Below are positions 26,602-35,400 of a stretch of DNA of 54,125 bases, piece after piece. The stretch lies in assembly GCA_028293425.1 (NCBI GenBank), contig JAQGOV010000389.1, forward strand, positions 1 through 54,125. Reading direction: 5' to 3'. Made by a program: the position numbers and the translations under genes. Position 1 is the stretch's first letter, and every line of letters begins with the position of its first letter. Origin of the DNA: Verrucomicrobiales bacterium. Its GTDB lineage: Bacteria; Verrucomicrobiota; Verrucomicrobiia; Limisphaerales; JAQGOV01. A model generated the notes under the pieces. That model saw only the letters and a program-made list of their open reading frames with translations. It searched no databases and was not told the origin of the DNA.

Positions 26602-27843
26602 GTGTTATTTCCTCCTGCTAAGCATTTTACTCCTCCTGCCCGGGTCGTCATTACCGGAGCAGGAATCGTGACTGCTCTGGGAACGGGCTGGAAAACAAAT
26701 GCACTGGGTTTCCGGAATGGAACGAGAGCGTTTCAGAAAGTCACCCTTTTTGACACGGCCCGGCAGCGAGTCCAAATGGCCGGCGAAGTGCAACTCCCCT
26801 CGGAGCTGCCCCAGACCCGGTTGAATTCTCGAGAGAAAAGCCGGCTGGACCGCGCTACGCGGATGCTGCTTTTGGCCACTCATGAGGCATGGCACGAGGC
26901 GGGTTTGTTGCCTTCCGAAAATCTGCCTTTCGTGCTGGGGACGACCAGCGGAGGAATGAGCGAGGGAGAGACTTATTATCGACAGGCGATCGCCACGCCG
27001 CGGCAGCATCGACGGCAGCCAACCCGGGTGATGCAATACCAGGCCCAACTCCAGGGGCAAATGGTGGGACGGGCTTTGGGCTTTCATGGGCCGATCACAA
27101 TCCTCGCCAATGCCTGTGCTTCAGGCTCCAATGCGATTGGACACGCTTTTTCGCTCGTCCGGTTTCGTCAGGCGGAGTGCGTCCTGGCTGGCGGATATGA
27201 TGGGTTAAGTCAGCTTGTGTTTGCAGGCTTCGACTCCCTCCAAGCCCTCTCACCCACGGAATGCCGGCCTTTTGATGCACAACGGAATGGCCTGGCCTTG
27301 GGCGAAGGAGCAGCGGTGCTGGCTTTGGAAACGTTGGAACATGCACAGCAGCGCGGAGCGGTCATCTTGGGAGAGGTGGCTGGTTACGGAGCAGCCACGG
27401 ATTGCCATCATCTAACCCAACCCCATCCCGCTGGAGATGCAGCGCTCGCATCCATGCAGAAGGCCTGCGCCAGCGCGCAGGTAGGCCCTGAGCAGATCGG
27501 TTACATCAATGCGCATGGCACGGGAACCCCATTGAATGACAGCGCGGAAGCGTCCGCGATTAACCGCTGGGCTGGAACACAGGCAGGAAACATGCGGGTG
27601 AGTTCGACGAAGGCGAGCATTGGCCACTTGCTGGGCGCGGCCGGCGCGGTGGAGGCGGTTATTTGCTTAATGGCGTTAAGAGAGCAGTGGTTGCCCCCAA
27701 TGAAAACCTTGGAAACCCCTGACCCTGCGGTTCAATTCGGGTTGGTCACTGAATCCAGGGACGCACGGGTGGAGCATGCGTTGAGCAACTCCTTTGGTTT
27801 TGGTGGTTCAAATGCCACCCTGGTTTTCAGGAGGTGGGTGTGA
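26602..27843 (+). CDS. Beta-ketoacyl-ACP synthase (FabF/KS-alpha type)
   Basis: Complete Cys-His-His triad contexts: ANACASGSNAIG, NAHGTGTPLND and KASIGHLLGAAG. GTG start. Confidence 0.85.
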   Translation: MLFPPAKHFTPPARVVITGAGIVTALGTGWKTNALGFRNGTRAFQKVTLFDTARQRVQMAGEVQLPSELPQTRLNSREKSRLDRATRMLLLATHEAWHEAGLLPSENLPFVLGTTSGGMSEGETYYRQAIATPRQHRRQPTRVMQYQAQLQGQMVGRALGFHGPITILANACASGSNAIGHAFSLVRFRQAECVLAGGYDGLSQLVFAGFDSLQALSPTECRPFDAQRNGLALGEGAAVLALETLEHAQQRGAVILGEVAGYGAATDCHHLTQPHPAGDAALASMQKACASAQVGPEQIGYINAHGTGTPLNDSAEASAINRWAGTQAGNMRVSSTKASIGHLLGAAGAVEAVICLMALREQWLPPMKTLETPDPAVQFGLVTESRDARVEHALSNSFGFGGSNATLVFRRWV

Positions 27844-28880
27844 GTTCCGTTTTCGTATGTGGCCTCGGCGCGGTGTCTCCGGCTGGCTGGGGAGTGGAGG
27901 CGCTACGCCATGCACTGCAAGGCGAGACAACGATGCCCGTTTCTGAATTATCGCGTCCGGGCTGGGACCGAGGCGTATTCGTTCGCCGGGTTCCAGCGCC
28001 TGCACCAAGGCCAGCTTTTCTGGCCCAGGCTCGTTTACGGCGCTCGAGCCCTATCAGCCATTTTGTTGTCGGAGCAGCCCTGGAAGCATTGGGAACAGAC
28101 GCCCCAGCGGTTGCTGCGGGAACGCTTCGCCTGGGCATTGTTTTATGCGTGATGTCCGGCTGCGTGAATTATTCCAAGCGGTTTTACGATGAGACCTTGA
28201 AGGACCCCAGCACGGCCAGTCCGCTGGTCTTTCCTGAAACGGTTTTCAATGCTCCCTGCAGCCATTTATCGGCTTTGCTGGGAGCGACTGGGCTGAGCTA
28301 CACCATGGTCGGTGACCCGGGAACGTTCGTCCAAGGCTTGGCCTTGGCGGGGCAATGGCTAGTCAATGGTGAAGCAGATGGATGCTTGGTGATCGGGGCT
28401 GAGGAGTGCGATTGGATTACGGCGGATGCGTTTCGACATTTTCAGCGAGAGTTCGTGCTGAGCGAGGGTTCCGGGGCGGTTTACCTGAAAACAGGCGAAG
28501 CTCCGGAGAGTTCCGTGGAGTTGGAGGGCGTGACCGATTCGTTCTCGTTCATAAATTACGAAACTCGGCTTTCGGCGGCCAAACGAATGCGGGCGGAACT
28601 TCCCGAGGGCACCGGAGAAGATATTTTATGTGAAAGCACGCAGGGTTTGGCTGCCCTTGACGCGCCGGAAATCCGGGCCTGGCAAAACTGGCCCGGAAAA
28701 CGAATTGCTCCGAAGAAAATTTTCGGGGAGGGATTGACCGCCGCAACAGCATGGCAATCCGTGGCGGGCATCCAGCGATTGGCAGAGCAGAAAAGCGGCA
28801 AGTGCCTGGTCAGCGTGGCAGGATGCAATCAACAGGTAATTGGGGCCTGTTTTTCACATGGGAGTTCTGCCGATTTATGA
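27840..28880 (+). CDS. KS-beta / chain-length-factor-like ketosynthase homologue lacking the catalytic triad
   Basis: Thiolase-fold homologue. The active-site Cys position reads MVGDPGTF, and the His positions read CESTQGLAA and FGEGLTAATA. GGAGG sits at 27830-27834, and GTG 27840 overlaps the KS stop as GTGA. Confidence 0.7.
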   Translation: MSSVFVCGLGAVSPAGWGVEALRHALQGETTMPVSELSRPGWDRGVFVRRVPAPAPRPAFLAQARLRRSSPISHFVVGAALEALGTDAPAVAAGTLRLGIVLCVMSGCVNYSKRFYDETLKDPSTASPLVFPETVFNAPCSHLSALLGATGLSYTMVGDPGTFVQGLALAGQWLVNGEADGCLVIGAEECDWITADAFRHFQREFVLSEGSGAVYLKTGEAPESSVELEGVTDSFSFINYETRLSAAKRMRAELPEGTGEDILCESTQGLAALDAPEIRAWQNWPGKRIAPKKIFGEGLTAATAWQSVAGIQRLAEQKSGKCLVSVAGCNQQVIGACFSHGSSADL

Positions 28881-29608
28881 GTTCACGAGTCATACTTGTG
28901 ACCGGAGCCAATGGCGGACTTGGCCAGGCTATCGCGAGAGATTTTGTCAAAGAAGCCAGTTCGAACATGGTGTGGCTTGGGGTGCGGAGCCGGCGGGAAA
29001 AATCGGACCAGCTCGCCAGGGAGTTTCCCGAGCAAGTCCGGTGCTTGGATTTGGATGTGATTCAACCGGAGTCCTGGAAACGAGCGGTGGCGGAGATTCA
29101 GTCAGTTCACCAGCGGTTGGACGTGCTTGTGAACAATGCTGGGAGTCATCACGATAGTTTGCTCGCAACCATGCCGCTTGAAGCATGGACACAGGTCCTC
29201 GCGACCAATCTCGATTCCATTTTTCATGGATCCCAGGCGGTTCTGCCGCTGATGATCTCGCAAAAGCATGGCAGAATTGTGAATATCGCATCCCTGAGCG
29301 CACTACTGGCTCCAGCAGGTCAAACGAACTACGCAGCGGCAAAGGCGGGCGCAGTGGCTTTGACCCAATCGCTGGCCAAAGAGGTCGCCCGCATAGGAAT
29401 CACTGTGAATGCTGTCTGCCCGGGCTATATTGAAACGGACGCGCTCGCGGGCATGAACCCGGAGGAACGCAAAGCCACGGCCATGCGGATCCCCATGCGG
29501 CGGTTCGGAAAGCCAGAAGAGGTGGCGGCGGCGGTGCGATTTCTGGCTTGTCCCGAGGCTGCATACATTACAGGCTCAGTTTTGAAAATAGACGGTGGAA
29601 TTTTATAA
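28877..29608 (+). CDS. 3-oxoacyl-ACP reductase (SDR, FabG-like)
   Basis: VILVTGANGGLGQAIA (TGxxxGxG), NNAG and S..NYAAAKAG (YxxxK). ATG 28877 overlaps the upstream stop as ATGA. Confidence 0.85.
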   Translation: MSSRVILVTGANGGLGQAIARDFVKEASSNMVWLGVRSRREKSDQLAREFPEQVRCLDLDVIQPESWKRAVAEIQSVHQRLDVLVNNAGSHHDSLLATMPLEAWTQVLATNLDSIFHGSQAVLPLMISQKHGRIVNIASLSALLAPAGQTNYAAAKAGAVALTQSLAKEVARIGITVNAVCPGYIETDALAGMNPEERKATAMRIPMRRFGKPEEVAAAVRFLACPEAAYITGSVLKIDGGIL

Positions 29609-29893
29609 ATGGAAGACGCAAACGCAATCAAACAGCGCATCAAAGCAATGATGGTGGAAAACCTGATGCTGCAGGTAACGGCTGAGGAGATTGGCGATGA
29701 CCAACCGCTCTTCGGGCCAGGAAGCTTAGGTTTGGATTCGGTCGACGCGTTACAATTGGTGGTAGCGCTTGACAAGCATTTTGGACTCAAGATTCCAGAT
29801 CCCGCCGCCGCGAAAGAGGTGCTGCAAAGCGTGGATACGATTGTGGCAGCGATTCAGAGCAAAGGAAACGTGGGAAGCAAGGAACTCTCCTAA
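29609..29893 (+). CDS. Acyl carrier protein
   Basis: 94 aa with LGLDSVDALQLV (a DSx phosphopantetheine attachment motif). The ATG directly abuts the FabG-like TAA stop. Confidence 0.85.
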   Translation: MEDANAIKQRIKAMMVENLMLQVTAEEIGDDQPLFGPGSLGLDSVDALQLVVALDKHFGLKIPDPAAAKEVLQSVDTIVAAIQSKGNVGSKELS

Positions 29894-29991
29894 AGGCTTC
29901 CGCGGTTTAAAACAGCAGAGCCGCAGGTATTCGTTCGGCACTGATTCTGTCCTCATCCGCTTCCGATGATTCTGCTGCCCTTCCACCGGCA

Positions 29992-32349
29992 TCAAGGATA
30001 CGTAGGGGTGCTGATCCGGTAGAAGCGGTTGCCAGTCGGGCTAAAGCCAAAATCTCGTGCGATGTAGGTAGTAGTTTGAGTTTGCGGAGGAACGTTTACC
30101 AAGGTGTTCCAAACCACGGCGGAGAGGGAATCTTTATATTCGACCACATAACTCTGGCCCTGGAGCGCTTGAAAGCCAAGCGCGGTCTGGGTACCCGGAC
30201 CCCGCACGATCGAGGAAGCGCGAAGTGGTCCCACGAAGTTATTTGTCCGGCCAGGCGTGGGGCCTTGAGCGAACCAATTGATTGGGTCATTCCCATATTC
30301 AGCGCGATGACGCCGCTGGAGTGAGGCTCCCTGGCCATCTGCAGCCGTAGGCCATGCACCCGAGTCTGAGTAGCTCACTTTATCCATGAGAACGTATGGG
30401 AGAAATCCCGCATCGGGATGGGATGCATCCTGTACAAAATCGGGTTTGTAGAGCTTAATGCTGGCGCCGGAATTCTGAAGCTTGCCGCCATAAGGCCCGT
30501 AGATATTTGTAAAACTGCTGGGAATGCCGTAAAGATTTTTGAATGCGACCAAAAGATCCGCGTTAGTCGCCGGGCTGAAGTTGACCACGAGCAGGAACCC
30601 ATTCGCAGGTATCAAGGCACCCGGAGGAAAAACAAAGGTCACGGCATCATCGAGTTTCCACGTGTTCGTTGTCTCCACGGGATGATGCAGGAAAACGTTG
30701 GTAGCCGTAATGTTGTGAAGCTCAATAAATTCATTTACTGAATCGTCGTTGGTAATGATTGTCGACAAATTCGTTGTGTAGATATTGGGAGGATGGTACA
30801 TGACCTCGTTGATGACAATTGGGCCAACCCTGGGATAGGCATTCGGCAGGCCAGTCCCAGTACGGAATTGGGCACGGCTGGTTGGATTGTCCACTCCGAA
30901 AGTATTGGAACTCATAATCGGATAATCCACGTTTCCATCGCTGGTGACGTATCGGCCAAACGAAAATCCGTGGTCAGCAGCACCAAAGTCCAAGCCCTTG
31001 CGGGAACCTGTCAGGTTTCCGCTCGCATCACCGGAATGGATATAAAGCTGGTCGCCATGGGCCGAGTTCAAGGTGAAACAAGGTGTATCCCCCAAACCGC
31101 TCGTATTAAAGCCCGGCCCCATATTATTGTTGCAAACCGCCGTAACACCATCAGGCGGCCGGTATTCATAAAAGACTTTACGCCCGCCGGGTGGAATAAT
31201 TGTCCCAGCAGGAATCCGGTACTTTTGAGGCTCGTCAGGCGAATTGCTCAGCCAAAAGTAACTGATATCAGCAGGAGAGGAGGAGATGTTCAGCAGTTCG
31301 ATCGCATCTTCCCACGGATCGTCCGTATGAGTCAGGAATTCACTCACAACGACGTTGGTGATGGGAAGAAAATTACTGGCTGCAGGGCTGGGCTGATTGC
31401 TCCGAAAAAAGATAATATTGTTCGTGTTGCCATCGGGAATCAAACCCTGGCTGGTATTGGCCGTTTGAGCCCCAAAGACTACTTTGTGGATCAATGTGGT
31501 TTTATTGCTGGCATACATGGAGATTTGGTCTCCAGTGGTGCTGCTCAGCTTAAAATTGACGTTGTTATAGGAGATCTTGTCATCGGCGAAGAACTGGTAG
31601 AAACCACGGGCGGGAATAAAGTAGAGATTAATCAATGGCTGGTTGGTGGCAGGCGGAGCATTGGTTGAATCCGTAAAAACTATCCCACTCATCGCAACGA
31701 CGTTGGTGTCGGGGTTATAAACCTCAAACCAATCCGGCTTTAACGTCACGCCATCCGATTTGAATTCAAGAGCCATCCATTCATTGATGCGAAGCTTCAT
31801 GACGTTGCCAAGGGGAGCTGCCGCGTTGGCCAAGTCCGGCGTCGGCTTAGTAAGCGTCCATGGACCGCTGCCATTGGGAATCCTGCCAATCGTCATGTCA
31901 GTAATTTGGGGGCCGAATTGGACGGAATCAACGGTGAGCCCGGACCCATTATAAAGAGTGATTGTTTCACCGGACTGCTTGAAAGAAAAACCAGAATGCA
32001 TGCCAGGCGAATTAGTGTTATTATCGCACCATATAATCAGATACTTCCCCGCCGGAATCTGTGTGGGAGATGGGAACCTGTATTTGAACGCGTTCGTAAC
32101 CGTGTCGGTTAAACCATAGCCCCCAATATTGGCGGTGGTTGGTCCCGGATTATAAATTTCAACCCAGTCCGGAAAATCCACTCCGTTAGGGACGGAACTG
32201 CCGTTGCTGGCCATGATTTCGTTCAGCACAACCTCCGCCCGAGCACAGGACAACGCAAGAAAACCCAGAAGAAGTCCGAAAGTGGCGGATGTACGTAGAG
32301 ATCTGCCAAGGAGGTTCAATGACGATTTCACAAAATCTAAATACAACAT
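29992..32349 (-). CDS. Secreted lamin-tail-domain (LTD) repeat protein
   Basis: ATG 32349 (MLYLDF..LLLGFLALSCARA signal). There are four LTD-type units: EVVLNEIMASN..DWVEIYNPG..IGGYGLTD, LRINEWMA..DWFEVYNPD, VVVSEFLTH..DAIELLNIS and IVINEVMYHP..EFIELHNIT. The C-terminal module ends NRFYRISTPTYP. Confidence 0.8.
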   Translation of the reverse strand: MLYLDFVKSSLNLLGRSLRTSATFGLLLGFLALSCARAEVVLNEIMASNGSSVPNGVDFPDWVEIYNPGPTTANIGGYGLTDTVTNAFKYRFPSPTQIPAGKYLIIWCDNNTNSPGMHSGFSFKQSGETITLYNGSGLTVDSVQFGPQITDMTIGRIPNGSGPWTLTKPTPDLANAAAPLGNVMKLRINEWMALEFKSDGVTLKPDWFEVYNPDTNVVAMSGIVFTDSTNAPPATNQPLINLYFIPARGFYQFFADDKISYNNVNFKLSSTTGDQISMYASNKTTLIHKVVFGAQTANTSQGLIPDGNTNNIIFFRSNQPSPAASNFLPITNVVVSEFLTHTDDPWEDAIELLNISSSPADISYFWLSNSPDEPQKYRIPAGTIIPPGGRKVFYEYRPPDGVTAVCNNNMGPGFNTSGLGDTPCFTLNSAHGDQLYIHSGDASGNLTGSRKGLDFGAADHGFSFGRYVTSDGNVDYPIMSSNTFGVDNPTSRAQFRTGTGLPNAYPRVGPIVINEVMYHPPNIYTTNLSTIITNDDSVNEFIELHNITATNVFLHHPVETTNTWKLDDAVTFVFPPGALIPANGFLLVVNFSPATNADLLVAFKNLYGIPSSFTNIYGPYGGKLQNSGASIKLYKPDFVQDASHPDAGFLPYVLMDKVSYSDSGAWPTAADGQGASLQRRHRAEYGNDPINWFAQGPTPGRTNNFVGPLRASSIVRGPGTQTALGFQALQGQSYVVEYKDSLSAVVWNTLVNVPPQTQTTTYIARDFGFSPTGNRFYRISTPTYP

Positions 32350-32416
32350 TTTCGCCAAAACGCCAAATGAGAATGTGGGAATTTTTGCGACTCCCACATT
32401 CTGCAATATCGGCAAA

Positions 32417-35400
32417 TTATGGCAACTGTGGAGTAACGATGCGGTAGAACCGATTCACACCGACCGGAGGAGCATTCGTGATGGTAATTGTCCTATCCAC
32501 AGCGGCTGGGGCGATGTTTGTGAGGCCAACCCAGGTTCCTGCGTTGACGGTTGCCCTTGACAGAAGAGTATAGGATTTGTTCGATGCAGCAACGAATTGG
32601 AGGATGGCACCACCGTTATTCGCTACAGCAGCCGTTGAGATCTTGAGAAGCGAGTTCGGGTTATTCGGGTCCGTGCCAGCCTGAATTTCCTGGGAATCCG
32701 GCACTCCATCGCCATCGGAGTCGACGACCAAAGTAATGGTATCGCTCATCACCTGGCCAAGTGTGTTGGTGATGACGACCGCATACGTCCCCTCATTGAT
32801 GGATGGCTGAACATTGGCGATCAGCAGGTTCGGGCTCGTCAAGGAGCCGCCGAGGTTGGTCCCATTGAATTGCCATTGATAGCGCAACGTGGGGTTGCCA
32901 GTGGCAGTCACGCGCAAGACAACATTAGAGCCAGCAGCCACCACGAGGCTTTGCGGCTGGACAACAATTTGAGGAGGCAGAGGCAAGTTCAAGGTTGCGA
33001 CTGCACTGGTGGCAACACCGAAGATGTTCGACGCGACCACCGAGTAGAGGCCGCTATTAGCAGCCTGGGCATTGGTGATATCGAGCGAAGTGTTGGTACC
33101 CAAAGTGACGTTGGTTGCGCCGACAATCAGGTTGGTTTGATTGAAGTACCATTGGAAGGATGGCGCCGGATTGCCGACGGCGATGGCAGTAAAGCTCGCC
33201 GTGGCACCAAAAGCCACATTTGCGTTGGCTGGCTGCTTCGCGAATGAAGGAGGAAAAACCACATTGATGGTGAAAGCCGGGGTGATGACACCAGACCGGT
33301 TGAAGTCGTTTGTCAGCTTCACGGTATAAGCACTGTTTGCCTGACTTATTTGAATATTGGGGAGACTGATGGTAACATTGTTCCCGCTGACCGAGGTTGT
33401 TGCAACTGCAACGCCTGAACGACGCAACTGGGCACCCATCGGGAATGAGCCTGTCACAGACAGACTTATGTTGGCAGTGGTGCCCTGAAGAATGTTGTAC
33501 ACCGGATCCGGTTGAACAGTGACGAACGGGCTGTATCCGATCGTCACATTTGCCACCAAGCCGGTGGTACGACCGAAAGTGTTACTTGCGACGACGGAGT
33601 ACGTTCCAGCACTGGCCGGGACCGCATTGGAAAGCGTAAACCGGTTGGTCCCGGCGAGAACCAAGTTGGTATTGTTAAAATACCAGAAATAGGTCGGAGC
33701 CGGGTTGGCGGTTGCGGAAGCAGTGACCGTAAAATTACTGCCCACCCCGACAAAAAGGTTGGTCGGCACCGTCACAATTTTTGGAGCAAACAGAACGTTG
33801 ATGGTTCCGGAGGATGTCACCGCTGGCCCATAAGGATTACTCACGGTCACACGATAGGTTGCTCCGTTGTTGGTGTAAGAGATGGACGGCAGGAGAATGG
33901 AATCATTGGGGAAGCTGCTAACATTCGTAACGAAGTTTCCGCCTGGGAACGTTCCACGGGTCCAGATATAAGTGAAGGGGGGAGTTCCTGAAACACCGAC
34001 AGCGAAGCCGACGTCTGTTCCCTCCTGAACGGTCTGCGACGAAGGCAAGACACTGGTAATGGCTACGGGAGCACCAACAGTTACATTGGCCACCAGGCTG
34101 GTTACAGACCCGAACACGTTGCTCACCACGAAATAATACTGCCCGGCGTTGGCCATTTGCACATTGGTGAGCGTGATACTAGTAATACCATTGGTTGGGA
34201 TACTCGGAAACGAGGCAAAAGGGACGCCGTTCGAAAACCAGTTCACGCTGAACGGGCTGGCGCCGAGTAGAGGTGAGCTGAGCACAAAGTTGCTCCCGAC
34301 GGCGGCGAAGAATTGGTTGGTAAATTGATTAACAATGACAGGCAGCCCGACCGGGAAAAGCTGGCTGGTAGGCACGATCTCTTTCGGCAGGAACGAGGCG
34401 CCCCAACGCAACTGAGCGGCAGCACCGCCGCCATTTTCGTAAAACTCCATTTTGATCGAGTAGTTTTGGCCAGCAATCATGTAAATCGGAGTTGATGGAT
34501 GCTCGGTTGTGCCCTGATCGATCCAGGAGTCCAGGATGCGCACGTTATTGATGTAAAGCCGCTCACCATCGTCCGAGGATGGATAAAAGACGTACGTATC
34601 GGTGTAACGCGGTTGGATAGTTCCGGTCCAACGAGCGGAGAAAGTGTCCACGCTGATCAACGGATCTGGAGAAGTAGTACCCCAATCAAAGTTGATCGTA
34701 GGATCAAGCCTGGTCAGCGTTGGAGGAGCGGTAAAGGGATTCCCGGAGCCGTTGTTGCTCCAATATTCACCGACCAAGCCGGTGCCGTTCCCTGTGCCAG
34801 GGAATCGAACATTGACAGTAATGGGAGCCGATTCAGTGACTGAGAACCCACTATCGATTGCGCGAGCAGAAAAGCTGTAGACCCCTTCGGAAAGGTTCGA
34901 AACAGCGAGGGTGTAGGGAAACACGGCAGATTCGCCAATTTTGACCCCGTTTTGGAAATACTCTACGTTAAGGATACTTCCGTCCACGTCCGAGGCGGCA
35001 GCCTGGAGAATCAGCGCGGCCGGAATCACAATGGTGCTGTTGTTTGTCGGGGTCGAGATGCTGACGGTGGGTGCGCTGTTGAAAACATTGGTGCGACCCG
35101 GAGTAATACCGGAGGCGAACCAATTATTTGGATCATTCCCGTAGACTATGGGGTTCAACCGTTGAAGCGAAGGTCCAGCTCCAGCGGCAGAGACAGGCCA
35201 GGGAGCTTTGTCGTTATAGCGCACAGCATCGACCGTGATGTAGTGGATGCCATTAGTTCCAGGGGGAGTTTCAGGCTTCTGAAGAACGAGTGTCTCGCCG
35301 TTATCCTGAAGCACTCCCGTAAAGGGCCCTTGAACTTCGACATTCGCCGACACATTGTACTTGGTCCGGAAGGTAGCGGAGGAGATGCCCGCCACTACCA

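Noticed and set aside
32700-34340. Periodic structure in the 3' third of the giant gene, considered as a possible DNA repeat or CRISPR-like array.
   Set aside because: The periodicity is at the protein level: about 8 Ig-like domains of ~85-95 aa with divergent nucleotide sequence. There are no short identical direct repeats with unique spacers.
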